Assembly (NCBI GenBank): GCA_002633005.1
Contig: NMRA01000482.1
Span: forward strand, 15,462 to 79,461
Length of the DNA: 64,000 nucleotides
Source of the DNA: Phoronis australis
Taxonomy: Eukaryota > Animalia > Phoronida
Reading direction: 5' to 3'
The position numbers were made by a program, and so were the translations under genes. Below the pieces are notes generated by a model, which saw only the letters and a list, made by a program, of their open reading frames with translations, did not search any database and had not been told where the DNA came from. Below, one piece after another: positions 46,971 to 58,857 of this stretch (the first letter of the stretch is position 1; each line of letters starts with the position of its first letter).

Positions 46971-47092
46971 ATGGGCCCTAACATCAAACTGAACCCGCTC
47001 GGTGTGCTGTTGGTCGTTGTTGCCTTGATTGGCTCATTGATCTATCTCTTTGGTCTTCCCACGTCTTGGTTCGCTCCACCTCCAGAAATAAG
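46971..47092 (+). CDS. BPNT2: BPNT2/IMPAD1 coding exon 1 (membrane anchor)
   Basis: MGPNIKLNPLGVLLVVVALIGSLIYLFGLPTSWFAPPPEI; donor GTTTGC. An upstream acceptor cacag at 46891-46895 implies a further 5' UTR exon. Confidence 0.88.
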
Positions 47093-50000
47093 GTTTGCAT
47101 TACGCAGATGTTCCTTCTGACAAACGTTTAGTCAGTCAGTAACTGTGAGCTGCGAAATAACAATGTTGCTTGATATTTGTGAGTGTCAAAACTATTTTAC
47201 ATGTCATTTGTGCTTAGTGTGCCAAAGAAGTTTCTTCACTTTTGATTTCTACTATATGTGTTCCGTTTTACCATTAAAGCCGTAACAGTGTTAGCGCATA
47301 ACATGCGGAGTCCCTGCAATTTGGGAATTTTCAACTATTTAGCTGAGCTATTATTTTTAAAATTCATTGTAAGATGTTTCTTGGTTTTTAAACATTCATG
47401 GTGACATCACAGAAAACTTGGAGAGGTATATCATGATTTTATATTTGTGTTTCAGGGAGGTGTGAGTTAACTTCACAGGTGTCAGATGTCGCAAAATAAT
47501 CTTTCATGCGAATTTTTCACATTTTGTGACTTGTTTTAATTTTTAAGTTGTGTGTGATGGTGGTTTATCCGTATTCGCATCAATAATCATGTTTCATTGT
47601 CACTATGCTTTTAGTAGGGCGGTCCCGGATTGCGCGGTGATAGAACTCTCCTTTGTTCCAGAGATAAGAAACCATGTGACCTCATTTTGGAAATCAGGCA
47701 CGTTTTCGTGTCTCATTTGTGTTGGGATCATGCATCAACAAGTATTAGTCCAGTTTATCAAACTTTCTCTTGTCGGAATTGCAGTCCACAGCACAGCAGT
47801 AATATTTTGTTGGCATTGGAAGCATGAACAAAGCAATGCAACTGCGAAAAACTTGTAAAGAATCATACAACAACAAATAACATGTGAATGTCCAATGAAA
47901 TGAAAACGAGGTAGGAAATGTGCCTGACAGATGTTTACGGCATTGTGGTTAAATACAGCAAGATCCCAGTGTCGCTTTGTCAAAATCTTTTGACAATCTC
48001 TTGGGTAAAAACTGACTGAACGAATGAGTGATTGACATATGATTGAAAGCCCAAACACCGCCTCCTTCAATGGATTAGCAGATGTAATCATATAATGAAA
48101 CAGTTATTGACTTTGGCACATTGTCATTTATTTTGTTTTCAGGGACAAAATATGATAGTGATGTAGGCTCCACCTTGGTCATTTTCACAATTGTGGGGTC
48201 TGAAAACCAGCGTAATGACCTCAGAGAAAGTCAATAGCTGTGTAGTATCAATGGCACATCTAGGCTTGACAAAAGACCCTGTTATCACAGCCATTTGTGG
48301 TGTATGCTCTGCACTGTCGCCCATCGTGGTGCTGTGTGTCCTGGACCTATCCATGGCTTCTAGTTACATCTTCGTTCAATGTACTAACTTGACATGGAAC
48401 AATTTGACATCTGAATCAAGAATTTGATTGTTCAAAACTGGTTTCTTTTCTCAGCATGCAACCACAGCATTGTGTGCACACGAATGTACTCATTTACCTA
48501 GTACTTTAAATTGCCACTTTGGGCATTATGTGGATACTGCCTTTGTTTCATTTGTCCTAAGTGTTTACCTTTGTGAAGTTTTAATAATGGGAAACTGTGT
48601 GTGTTTTAATAAATGTTTATCGTTTTACAGTATGAAGCAGCTGCTGGCTGTGGGTATCTACTTAGCGCAGAAAGGGGGAGTGGAGGTGATCGCGGTGCAT
48701 AACGCTAAGACGGAAAATGTGCAGTCTAAAGGGATGACAGATGTTGGAAAGAAAGACTTGAGGACTGAGGGTGATTTGAAGTCGCACACAGCCATTGTAC
48801 ATGGATTCAAGGAAGCATTCCCTAACTTATTAGTATGTAATGTGTAGTTGAACGCTGTGCAAAGCTTTCCTAATACGATTTAAAAATCTTGTGGTTAAAT
48901 ATACCTTAGTGTCGCAAATTAGCACACAGTCACTTATTTTTCGAACTACAACATTTTTTGGCCAGGCAGTTATTCCAGATCGGTGCTGTTTAAAACCCGG
49001 CATTTACGTATTTGCCCTAATAAGCACAAAATTTGCTTCTGGAAGGGGGCGCTTATTATAGCCCAAAAGTGGTTGAAACCCGGTCTCCGAAACAGGTGAA
49101 ATTGTTAGCTAGAATTCTTCAAATTTACGCTCTGTGACGCATCTGTAACCTATGACAGGGTTTCTACAAAATTGCAGTGCATTGCTATCAAACTTTGTTC
49201 TTAAATTACAAGCATTTTTCTGAAAATCTCAGTGCGAAAACTCGCCAACTGATGCATCGCTGCCTCGCGATCACCGATAGGTCAACTTGAATTCTCGAGT
49301 AAAAATATAGTTTCGACTCAACAAAGTACCTGAAGTTCTTCTTGTAAGTTTTCAAAATAGCGTCCCTAAGATTGTTAAGTTCCTGTGGAGTCAGGATTAA
49401 CTGCATAATTATTAAGTTCAAATCTGCGCTAGATCGTACTCTGCAACACGAGAAAAATCTCTGGAGGAACATACGTGTTGTTGTCACATGACAGAAGTTC
49501 CTCTGCGTATTGTCAGTGAGCGAGAGCGTGTGTGCCATCAGAGTTCATTTGCCACAGTAAGCATGATGTACCGATCTAGGTGTGCATTGTTACTAAGCAA
49601 ATTAACGCAAGCAGTAAAGCAGAACATTATTTAGCACTAACTTGTTGATCTCATCTGCTAAAAAACACTCTAGAATTGCCTTGGTAAGGCCGATGTCATT
49701 GAGTCGCCAGGTGACTGGATGTGTGACAGTCTAACAGTTATTTTTGCGGAGATTCGGGGGCTGTAAGGGTCGGAATTGTTCACTATCAGTGGGTCATTTT
49801 GACTTTAAAAACACCAATTACGACTAATTTAATAATCCCCCCTTAAAAATAACGCAATCATTTTTTATGGTATTTGAAACTTTCAGAAATAAGTGCCTGT
49901 ATTTATTTCTTGTCGATGCTATGCTACCTGTTTAATGAACAGACATATCCCGAAAACTTATCTTTGATGACAGGTGCTTGAATGTAGCGCGCGCTTCCTG

Positions 50001-53000
50001 GCCACGTGCTTTTAACAAAGGTCAAGTTTTTATTAGTCTTCGATTCGTGGTTTTCACATGTACAAAGAAATTTGGATTCCTGTTGAGGGAGAAGACCTGT
50101 ACGGGAAAGATACAATGCAATCCCTTGGACAAGTTTGCTGTGACTGTTCTGAAAGGCCAGACCATAATAGGACACGTCCCTCGCAAGTTCAGCAAAACTT
50201 GTTATTGATATATTGAAGACGTTGCTGTAGAATTTTAGAACTGTGGATAAGGCATTTTTTGCATGTACAAAGTGTTCATGGGCTGGGCACTTATTTTAGC
50301 AAATTCTGAAAATGGGTAAGGGGGCGCTTATAGGAGCATGAGCGCTTATTAGGCAATACGGTAAGCCATGAATTACAAACTCTGGCGGTTTTTTGAAACT
50401 TGCATTTCTTTAACAATGGTGTTTTTACTGATTTTAACATAGAGCATATTTGAGACGGACACTTATTAAAGAACAAGTGCTACAGTAATGCTTCAATCTT
50501 CAAAATTTTAAACCCTTAAAGAAGTGTGTCACCAAAAACTACGCATTTTGCATTCAGTTAAATTCAGTTTCATTCAATAACGGCACATTCAGTTGTTTTA
50601 TCTCACCCTAGTGGCAGAATTAGCCTGTGACGTTGATGGATCGTGACTGTGTACCACGTAGTTTATGTTTGACATTTGTTGAGAGAGTTTATCCCTTGAC
50701 TGTATCATTCTGCACCAGTGAAAAATCAATGCAAGGTGCAAAATCGCTGTGCAAACACTGAATTTTCAATTTAAACTAATTACTAAAACAAACTTGAAAT
50801 TACCAACCATTGTTCAGATATTGCCAAGTCATTCTGTTCCTGATAGCTGCGGAAATTATGCGCTTGTTGGCGATAAGTCACTAGCCACAATAAAAGACTT
50901 TTCCTTGTAGTACAGAAAAGAGGACGTCAATGTCCAAGCTGAAGTATGCAACTGGTGGCCAAATGAGAAAAAGTCAGGAAACGTGACTTTTGTTGGGAAC
51001 CTGGTAAAACTGTTTTCTTGTTGGCCTCAAATATTTTTACTAGATATCTCCCATGAAATTAAGGATTAACTGAGTCAAGAGTGAGAAAGTAACCAGCTTG
51101 CCAATCAGCACGTTTGGCAGTGAAAGAGTTAAAACGAAACCAACTTCCAGTTTCTTTGGGTCTCCGAAAGCACGCACAATCTTCCCTCCACTGTGAAATG
51201 TGATGGTTTTCATTCTACTGCAGGTGTCTAACTGCAAGTATCACTTTGTTTTAGGTTGTCTCAGAAGAGCACACTAAACTAGAGCATAATCCCAACCTAG
51301 ACCAGAGAATGCTCAATCTGGCAGCGGTGTTGGACGGTACCACTGATCAGAGCATACCTGTCAGTGAATTGGCCGTCTGGGTGGACCCACTGGATGCCAC
51401 TCAGGAATACACAGGTATCAGAACTTCCCAAAAAGAACGGTTATTTATGTTTGCTAAATGAGAAATAGGTATGGACAAATAAAATTCTCAACAGTGAGAT
51501 TAAACCATTAAAAGGGCATGTTTAATTAAAAACTATAATCTACTAATTGCATGCAGTCAAACTGACTCTTCATATTCAGTTCCAAACAGTAGACCCTTTT
51601 AATGACTGATCACTTTTACATACTTTGGAAACAGTTTTGTGTGAATAATAATTATTTACTTTATAGTTGATACAGTTACCAAAAATTCATTCATGTTTTC
51701 AAAAGTTATACTTAGGAGTTTATTCTGTTTTATTCGACATTTTCGAACGGTTGTTTTCCTAACATCTGCCCATGGACTTATTTTCAGAAATTGCCGGTAA
51801 TGCCATCTATTGTGATGTGGATTCAAATTTTAGCTTGGTTATGATGTTGGTTGGTGCAGCTGTACTGGTCAGTGAATATTGACCATCTGAGTGAGCCCAA
51901 TGCACATCTGTCTGGAATACACAGTAAGCGCCATCTGTTGATGTGGGACGTAATTCAAGAAGATGGCCTTCAAAACATCTCAGGCTGTGATCTGTATGGG
52001 AAATAGTCATGTTCACAGCTCAACTCCTCCATGGGGTTACTCAATGGTATTTCATGACCTAGGGCTTTTTGTTGGTTCAAGGCTCAATCATTTTTATTGC
52101 AGAGAAGGACAAGACTCTGCTCACCTATGTGACAGTCATGATATGTGTGGTGCACAAAGGAAAGCCCATTATGGGTATCATTCATCAGCCATTTGCCTCT
52201 GAGGATGCCTCTAACAAAACGTGTAAGCAAAAGAACTTTTGAACTGTATGCGGGTGCATCATTTTTCCCTCAGTTGTAAGTTTTCTGTAAAGCTTCTTAG
52301 AACCAGTACTATTCCTCGTGTGGTGTCCTAGCTGATGATGTGTAGTTGCCTAAGTAACCAACTCAAATTATTATGACTGAGGTGTTGATAGTGAGTGGAA
52401 CTTAAGTTTTGGAATTTCATGTACAACATTTGTCATTTTTCAAATGCATTGTGGGGCTTGTGGAATGCAATTTACGTTACAGGAGGTGAGATTTGACTTC
52501 AGCGTGTGCATTTTTTGGTGCATTTTGAAGCTCGTTTTCAATCTTTTATTTTTCTAATGGTTGATTTGTGGTACTCGTACCAAAAAGTATTTTAAAGTGG
52601 ACCCTTGCTTTCAGTTCTGTAATATTCAAGTGACAAGTGTTCTGTCATTGGGTTCTCGTCTTCGAGTTATCTGTGACGTCACTAGAAGCATACAAGCTGT
52701 AGATGAACTTCCCTTAATTGTTTAGTTGGTTCAAACAAACAATGATGAAGAGACAGTCACGTGTTTCACGCCAAGCTGTTTTCAGCCCTCAAGGGGGCAG
52801 TACTGGTTCTGTCATATCTTGACCCAGTAAATGAGAAGAGCAATGGACACTTCATTACATTTAGTGCCCATATTTGTCCGGATGTCGTGTTTTTCATCCG
52901 AGCTCAGTTTGGCGTACTGTTGTAAATTACAAGAGATCTTCCTAATAATATAGATGAGCACATCTAATAATGTAAATTTAATGATCAGGAGATGATGGAT

Positions 53001-56000
53001 GAGTTTCCCAATTCTATTCACCAGTCTTGTCATGGAATGTGGTGGCTGTGTTTGTGTTGACGAGAGCCCAACTTACATTGACCTTTTTGTGTCTGCAGCT
53101 ACCACGTCCCTCTGTGGGACATCGTGAAATTTGACTGGTGTGAAAAAAGAGGATCCTGTCATGTTTATGCTCTGAGCCCCTAGAAGCAACCCTGCGCCCC
53201 CTAGAGGCAATTAGTATTTTGATCCTGTTTTAGAATTGTACTTTGCCAAATGGTTTGAAGATTCGTTGCAATATGCTGCCAATGTGTTTTATTGTCAGAA
53301 GCCTGACTAACATTGAGTTTTCAAAATTTCAACTATTGCTGTGCACGCTCGTCTAACGAACACTGTACATGCGCTTGTATGTATATGACATATCATATTA
53401 ACAAAATTATGTGAACAAATGGGTGATTAGGTGAGTTATGGCAAGATTTCTGTCACATCTGAGACGCAGCATGGTTCATAATTTATAAAAAATTTATGCT
53501 GAACATTGTTAACAGAAGAATTGCCAAATTTAAAGAACTATTTATTCGAAAAATACTTCCTTACTTAAATTTCAAAGGTTCTGGAACTAGTTGAATAATA
53601 GTTAATTGCATTGTGGCTGTTCTTATTGTTTTGTGTTTGCCTCAATGTGTACCAAGTTTGATTAAGGATCTTTTTGGAATTTGGTGGCAGTTTTATTAAA
53701 AGTTTTGTATCCGCCTGTCTCTAAGCCATTCAAAACCTTTTGAAGAATCATTCTGACAAAGGAATATCTTGAAATGATCGACTGGTGTAGATTTTTGAAT
53801 GAATCTGGCTGCTGCAGTGCCCCTAGTGGTAATTTTAGTTTCTTTGCGCAATCTCAAGATCTACCAGGATCGCATTTGCCAATTTTCAGTTGTCCGCCAC
53901 TGCCACCTAGTGTGCTAGTGTTGCTTTCTCTAATGTGTCAAAATGTTTCAAAAAATTAACACCCCTTACATCTTTGCCAGTTGTGATGCACACAATGGAC
54001 ACGTGTCACTGAATTAGTTTATTTCCACAAAACATGTTCAGTATTTTAAATGGATTTCTAAGACAGCCAGTCATGCTGTGCAAGCATAAGTCATTTATTG
54101 TCAAATGATTAATTGCCGTAGGATGAAAAATGCCGAGCTTTACTGTTGTAGACTGGGCCTGGGTTGGTCACGGTCAATCGAGTAATTTGCCCAAAGTTGG
54201 AATGAAGACAGAGCCACCGAACAAGGACAAATACACCTTCGTTATATCTCGCTCACACAAGGGCAAAGATGTGGAGAATAGTATCAATGAGGCATTCCCT
54301 GGTAAAGTTGTGGTAAAGGAAGCTGCGGGTGCAGGTAGGGAGAACTGTTGCCAACACTGCACTGTTCCCACTACAGAAAATTCAAACTCAACTGGAATTA
54401 CGAAAATCATATTCTTATTCGAAAGCCCATGTCCATAGTGTGGGAAGTTTGCTTGAAGTCTTGGAATAAATGCTTTAAACTGGTACGCAAAATGTCCTAA
54501 TTTGCTTACGAAATGACTAATCTCCTAATACTTCATTCTAGTGGCATAGATTTTCATATTCGATGCACGTAAACCAAATTCGTTTCTAAAAAAGTTAGAC
54601 TCGACATAGTGATCAGTCAAAACAAGTTGTGGCGAACATTGCACCGAGTTTAGTCCCAATTCTCAGTTTGGCCAGCTCATTTGTGGCACCTTCTTGTCTC
54701 ACAGTTGACCTCTTCAGTAACAAACATGATTTGCCATGATTTCAACTACACAATTTTGGTCAATAGTGCAATATTTTAGGCCATCTGTTTATAAAGGCGA
54801 TGGTGTCCTCTATGATTTACAAGATTTAACGATTTAAGAAATAGTCTTTGATTGCTCAGCTTTATGTGAAAGTTGATGCAATGACCCAAAAACATTATTC
54901 GAGACTGGATTCGAAAATTGACGAATTGTGCTCCAAGCTTCGAGTAAACATTCCAATTTCACTCTAGGTGATTGGTCAATTTTCAATTCGAGTCTTGATG
55001 AACATTTGGTGGTTAGAGTTCCACAGCTATTGATGTTTAGTCGGTATGTTTATTCATTTTATGCCAGAATTATTTGTCATTGAGAAGGAACTTATCACTT
55101 GTCCAACGTAGCCAGGGGCGTAATTGCCATTATTGCACTAAGTGCTTTAGACTAAGTGGACTGACTATCAGTGAACGGCTTAAAGTGGTTCATTGGAATT
55201 TGTCTCCTATTTAGCTCATAATATGGTGGACAAGTGAAATTTTATTAGCTATGAAGTTTGTCGTGAAAACTATTATGACTAAAATGATTCAGGTTTATTA
55301 CCTTACTATGTATGTATGTATGGATGTATAATATCTCATCTGCCAAACTTTTCGTTATTTGTAGCAAAATGCTCAACTGTTGAAAAATAGCAGTTTTGGC
55401 TATTTATTTCTGAGAAAGTTTTTCTTTAGAAACCAAGTTCATCCATACCAGAAGGTCGTCCATTTATAGCATTCCAATAAATAGGACAGATTTCAAGGAA
55501 AATAATTTTTTTCTAGTACAGTCGCGGATTGGAATAGTTTGCCGGGCTACATTACATCGACCCCTTCTGTTGACATCTTTGTCAGCAAGCTAACTGCCTT
55601 TGTGACGTAACCACTTGCTGTCTGCGCTGTCTGTAAATGGCCAGCTATGTTAACGGATCTCTGAAGTGAAGTTCATTATGTTTACGTATTATTTTAAACT
55701 TGTTATAGTAATCGATTTTGTCTTTGTTGATCTTCATCGTTATTCAGTGACCTAATACTATGGAGGGAGTGTGGTCATTTGAACCAAGAAGATCTGCTTG
55801 TTGCAACTTGCAGCAAATCAGGGAATTTAGCAACTTTTCCTTTGTTCTGCAATACAAGGGATGCAATGTAAAGGGATGCATTGAAAAAAAGAACCAAAAA
55901 GTTTTCCTTTATTACTCAGGTGCAAACTCTCTTGTTGCTTTAGGTTATAAAGTGTTGGATGTTGTTCGTGGTCAGTCGGATGCCTACGTTCACATGACCA

Positions 56001-56233
56001 AGATAAAAAAGTGGGACATTTGTGCCGGTCACGCCATCGTTAGCCACCGGAACGGGAAGATGACAACGCTGAAGGGAGATGAAATTGATTTCTCGCCCCA
56101 CAGTAACCCTGTAAATCCAGATGGTCTGCTTGTTTCATTGAGTGGCGAATCTCAGACAAACTTCCGCTCCAAGTTAAAGCCTGCGTTTGAAAAGATCCAG
56201 GCACAGAAGAAAGAAGAGGCCAAGAAAACATAG
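46971..56233 (+). CDS. BPNT2: Golgi-resident 3'-phosphoadenosine 5'-phosphate (PAP) phosphatase, IMPAD1/BPNT2/gPAPP, 6 coding exons, 358 aa
   Basis: join(46971-47092,48631-48832,51255-51414,52103-52222,54152-54334,55944-56233) = 1077 nt, GT-AG with consistent phases. Type II anchor MGPNIKLNPLGVLL; motifs TEGD, VSEEH, VWVDPLDATQEYTE, GKPIMGIIHQPF, VISRSH, AAGAGYK, IKKWDICAG. Confidence 0.95.
48631..48832 (+). CDS. BPNT2: BPNT2/IMPAD1 coding exon 2
   Basis: ttttacag; MKQLLAVGIYLAQKGG..SKGMTDVG..TEGDLKSH..AFPNLL; donor GTATGT. Confidence 0.92.
49005..50363. mobile_element. Tc1/mariner-pogo-like non-autonomous element (TA-CCGTA termini) in BPNT2 intron 2
   Basis: Left tacgtatttgccctaataagcac versus right gcgcttattaggcaatacggta (imperfect TIR with TA flanks). 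The motif gggggcgcttat occurs near both ends. Confidence 0.65.
50040..50208 (+). pseudogene. Frameshifted HIRAN-like domain remnant inside the pogo-like element
   Basis: SIRGFHMYKEIWIPVEGEDL (frame A) + CNPLDKFAVTVLKGQTIIGHVPRKFSKTCY (frame B) matches the HIRAN pattern G..Y..E.L...NP.D..AV.V..IG.VPR. Confidence 0.72.
51255..51414 (+). CDS. BPNT2: BPNT2/IMPAD1 coding exon 3
   Basis: ttttag; VVSEEH..LAVWVDPLDATQEYT; donor GTATCA. Confidence 0.93.
52103..52222 (+). CDS. BPNT2: BPNT2/IMPAD1 coding exon 4
   Basis: ttgcag; KDKTLLTYVTVMICVVHKGKPIMGIIHQPFASEDASNKT; donor GTAAGC. Confidence 0.92.
54152..54334 (+). CDS. BPNT2: BPNT2/IMPAD1 coding exon 5
   Basis: ttgtag; WAWVGHG..FVISRSHKG..KEAAGA; donor GTAGGG. 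Confidence 0.92.
55446..55672 (+). mobile_element. 5'-truncated CR1/L2-type LINE 3' end
   Basis: Translates (one frameshift) to YSIPINRTDFKENNFF/STVADWNSLPGYITSTPSVDIFVSKL, the FF..WN.LP C-terminal motif of CR1-group ORF2. It is followed by a short 3' UTR and a tgaag repeat tail. Confidence 0.7.
55944..56233 (+). CDS. BPNT2: BPNT2/IMPAD1 coding exon 6 (stop)
   Basis: ctttag; YKVLDVVRGQSDAYVHMTKIKKWDICAGHAIV..GKMTTLKG..KKT*. Confidence 0.93.
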
Positions 56234-58594
56234 CATTTAATCTCTGTACTATAGGTGCTGGTTTGTGTTGCCATGACATACGGTTCTGTTTTACTGTTTT
56301 AAATGGTTACATTGGTAGTGTTCAAAAGGTTGGCATTATAATAACAGACTGTAGCTGATTTTATTTTAGTTCTCTTGGGAGTTGTAGAGACCCTGATTTT
56401 CTGTGATAATAATGGAAAATTGATGGAATTCACGGAATCTGACTTCTATCATGGAGATTAAAAAGGGAATTTAAATTTTCAATAGCAGATGAGATACCAT
56501 AATTCTATTTTTTTTCTTGCTGTTTTTCTTTACCATCAAATTCGATTATTCTTCTTGATCAATGATTGGATTGGAGCTTGTTCAAGTAGTTGTTCATTCT
56601 TTCTGAAGGTGGTGCTGTTCTTTTTCCAGATTTGAGAAACAATGAACATGGCTAGCAACAAGTTATGAGCAAAACGGCCTAATTCAGGGGAAAAACTAAG
56701 GCAGTTGCCAGAACTTTGTTACATTATATTTATTACTTGAAATAGAAAAACAGTATTTTCTAATTTACAAAATGGAAGAACAGAATTTCATGCTTGCTGA
56801 AATGTAGCTGTATGCTGTTCAGTGAAAACCAGAAACCAGGGTCTCCAGTCCTCTTGCGGATGCCCAAAACATTCAAGCCTATCTTCAATGGTAATACCCG
56901 TAATTTCGTTTCCTACAGTATGTTAAGAGCATCGCTGTGAGCCCATTGGTGCCATAAACTGCCAAATGTAACTAACTGTTAAGGTTATTGGTTTGTTTTT
57001 TTGCCTACGTCACTGCAAAAAATCACCTTTTTGTCCAAACAGATGTGAATAACACCCACACGCATTGGTGTTCTATTCAGACCCCTATCCAATACAACCT
57101 TTTGCTCTTTGTGCTGAGATCTCACAATGACGCAACAGGTCACGAAAAGGAAGCTTCACTTATCATTTGGCGGGCTTACATTTGCGTGATTGAACTTCCG
57201 TTTTCTTATTTTACTAAAGCTTTGTTAGGAGTATCTGGTTAGCCCAGTACATCCAAAATAACAAAATTCGGTTGAAACTAGGATTTCAAGTCACTGCCCA
57301 GATGTTCAGCAAATAGTTGACTCACGTAGCTACAAAAGGTCACAGATTTTGGTTTGTTCAATGGATTTCATTTCCTAAGTAACGTTTTCAGGTTTTTCCG
57401 TAACGCAGGCAGAACTCTGGGGTCGCGGAGATACTGCCAATCTTTTGAAGACTACCATTTTATCCAATGTTTTGTTGAACTAAACCCAGTTGCATACTGG
57501 ACAAGTGTCTCTTTATCCGGTAGAAGTCTTATATCTCTGTCATGTTGCTGCTGTTGAGGATTTTATGGGGGACATGTTCAAAACCCTCCCTTGTGTACCA
57601 CAATGGACTTATAGAAAGAATGTTTTATTACTGACGAGGAGACTTTTATCTTATTTCAAGGTGTAATACTTTCTCATTCATCACAATTCTTTTCTTACCA
57701 GGCTTGTTTCATTTCTTGTAAACCACGGTTCTTTTCTCGTGAAGCACAATACGTTTCTCGTGGAACACACGAACCACAGTTGTTTTCTTGTGAACAGAGG
57801 CGGGATCTTTCCCTCAAGTACTAATTAAAATGTACACATGAATAGTAAATGAGAAAGTGCACTCAGGTAAAATACCAATTACAAAGTACATATTTTCATC
57901 TCAGTACCACAGGAAGTTTCCCTGTATTAGGAATGGTTGCTCGCTCGTCATTCTTCAGCAGTTTAAAGAATGTAACTTTATAGGTGACATTCAGTCCATT
58001 TTCAGAACAGTTGGGGGTCCACTACTCAATGCCAAATGGCACCAAGGATTTGTTCATCAACTCCGATGCAGTTAGAATATCTATACGAGTAATGAAGAAG
58101 AATTAGTTACATGTATTTGCAACTTTGAACTAACTTGCGATAAGCAAAGTATTTGTCTGAACTCCTTTTTCTCACAATTATTCGTTTCTAAATTATGTCT
58201 TGTTCTGTCCTCTGAATACCAGTATGAACAGTGTCTGTTGTTCTAACATTACTTTTGACTTGGCGTAAATTTATCTGCCAAGGGATAAAATATAAAATAT
58301 TGTGCACCAAGTTAGATTTTAGTATGCCATGTGTGTTTTGCATCGGTCAATTGCTAAAAGCTAGTTGACATTTATTTATTGTTTTAATGTTTGCTTTTTG
58401 TCTAGAATACTTTAATGAGGTTTTCAATATTCTGAGATTGCATTCTTAAAGTACAATTATTTCAATTTTGAGCGGCTGCATTTGCCACTGAATATTTCAG
58501 TTTGATGCTGGCAGTTTTGACTAGACCTAGGCCTGGGTGTAATCTTTGTACTCAAAATCAAATTCGGAATTATTTTTGGTATTTTCCATGTTGT

Positions 58595-58857
58595 TTTTTT
58601 TGCAAACACAAGATATGCATCTTACTCTATTAGTTTGCACTTGAGCATGTTGGTTTATGCAAGTTTCTAGTTCAAGCTCGCACTTGATGACCCCTGGATT
58701 CAAGCTGCAAACTTGATCAAAAACTCAAAATTTCGAGTTCATATTCCAAAGTTTAGTCTCGATGCTGGGGTCATCAAGAGCAAAACTGGATTACACAGTT
58801 GTTCAATATGCACTCGAGCATAGAATAATAGATACTCATCTTGAGTTCGTAAAAAGT
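58595..58857. repeat. Imperfect foldback (nested inverted repeats), probably a MITE
   Basis: tttttgcaaacacaagat/atcttgagttcgtaaaaa and cttgatgacccc/ggggtcatcaag are symmetrically placed. Confidence 0.6.
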
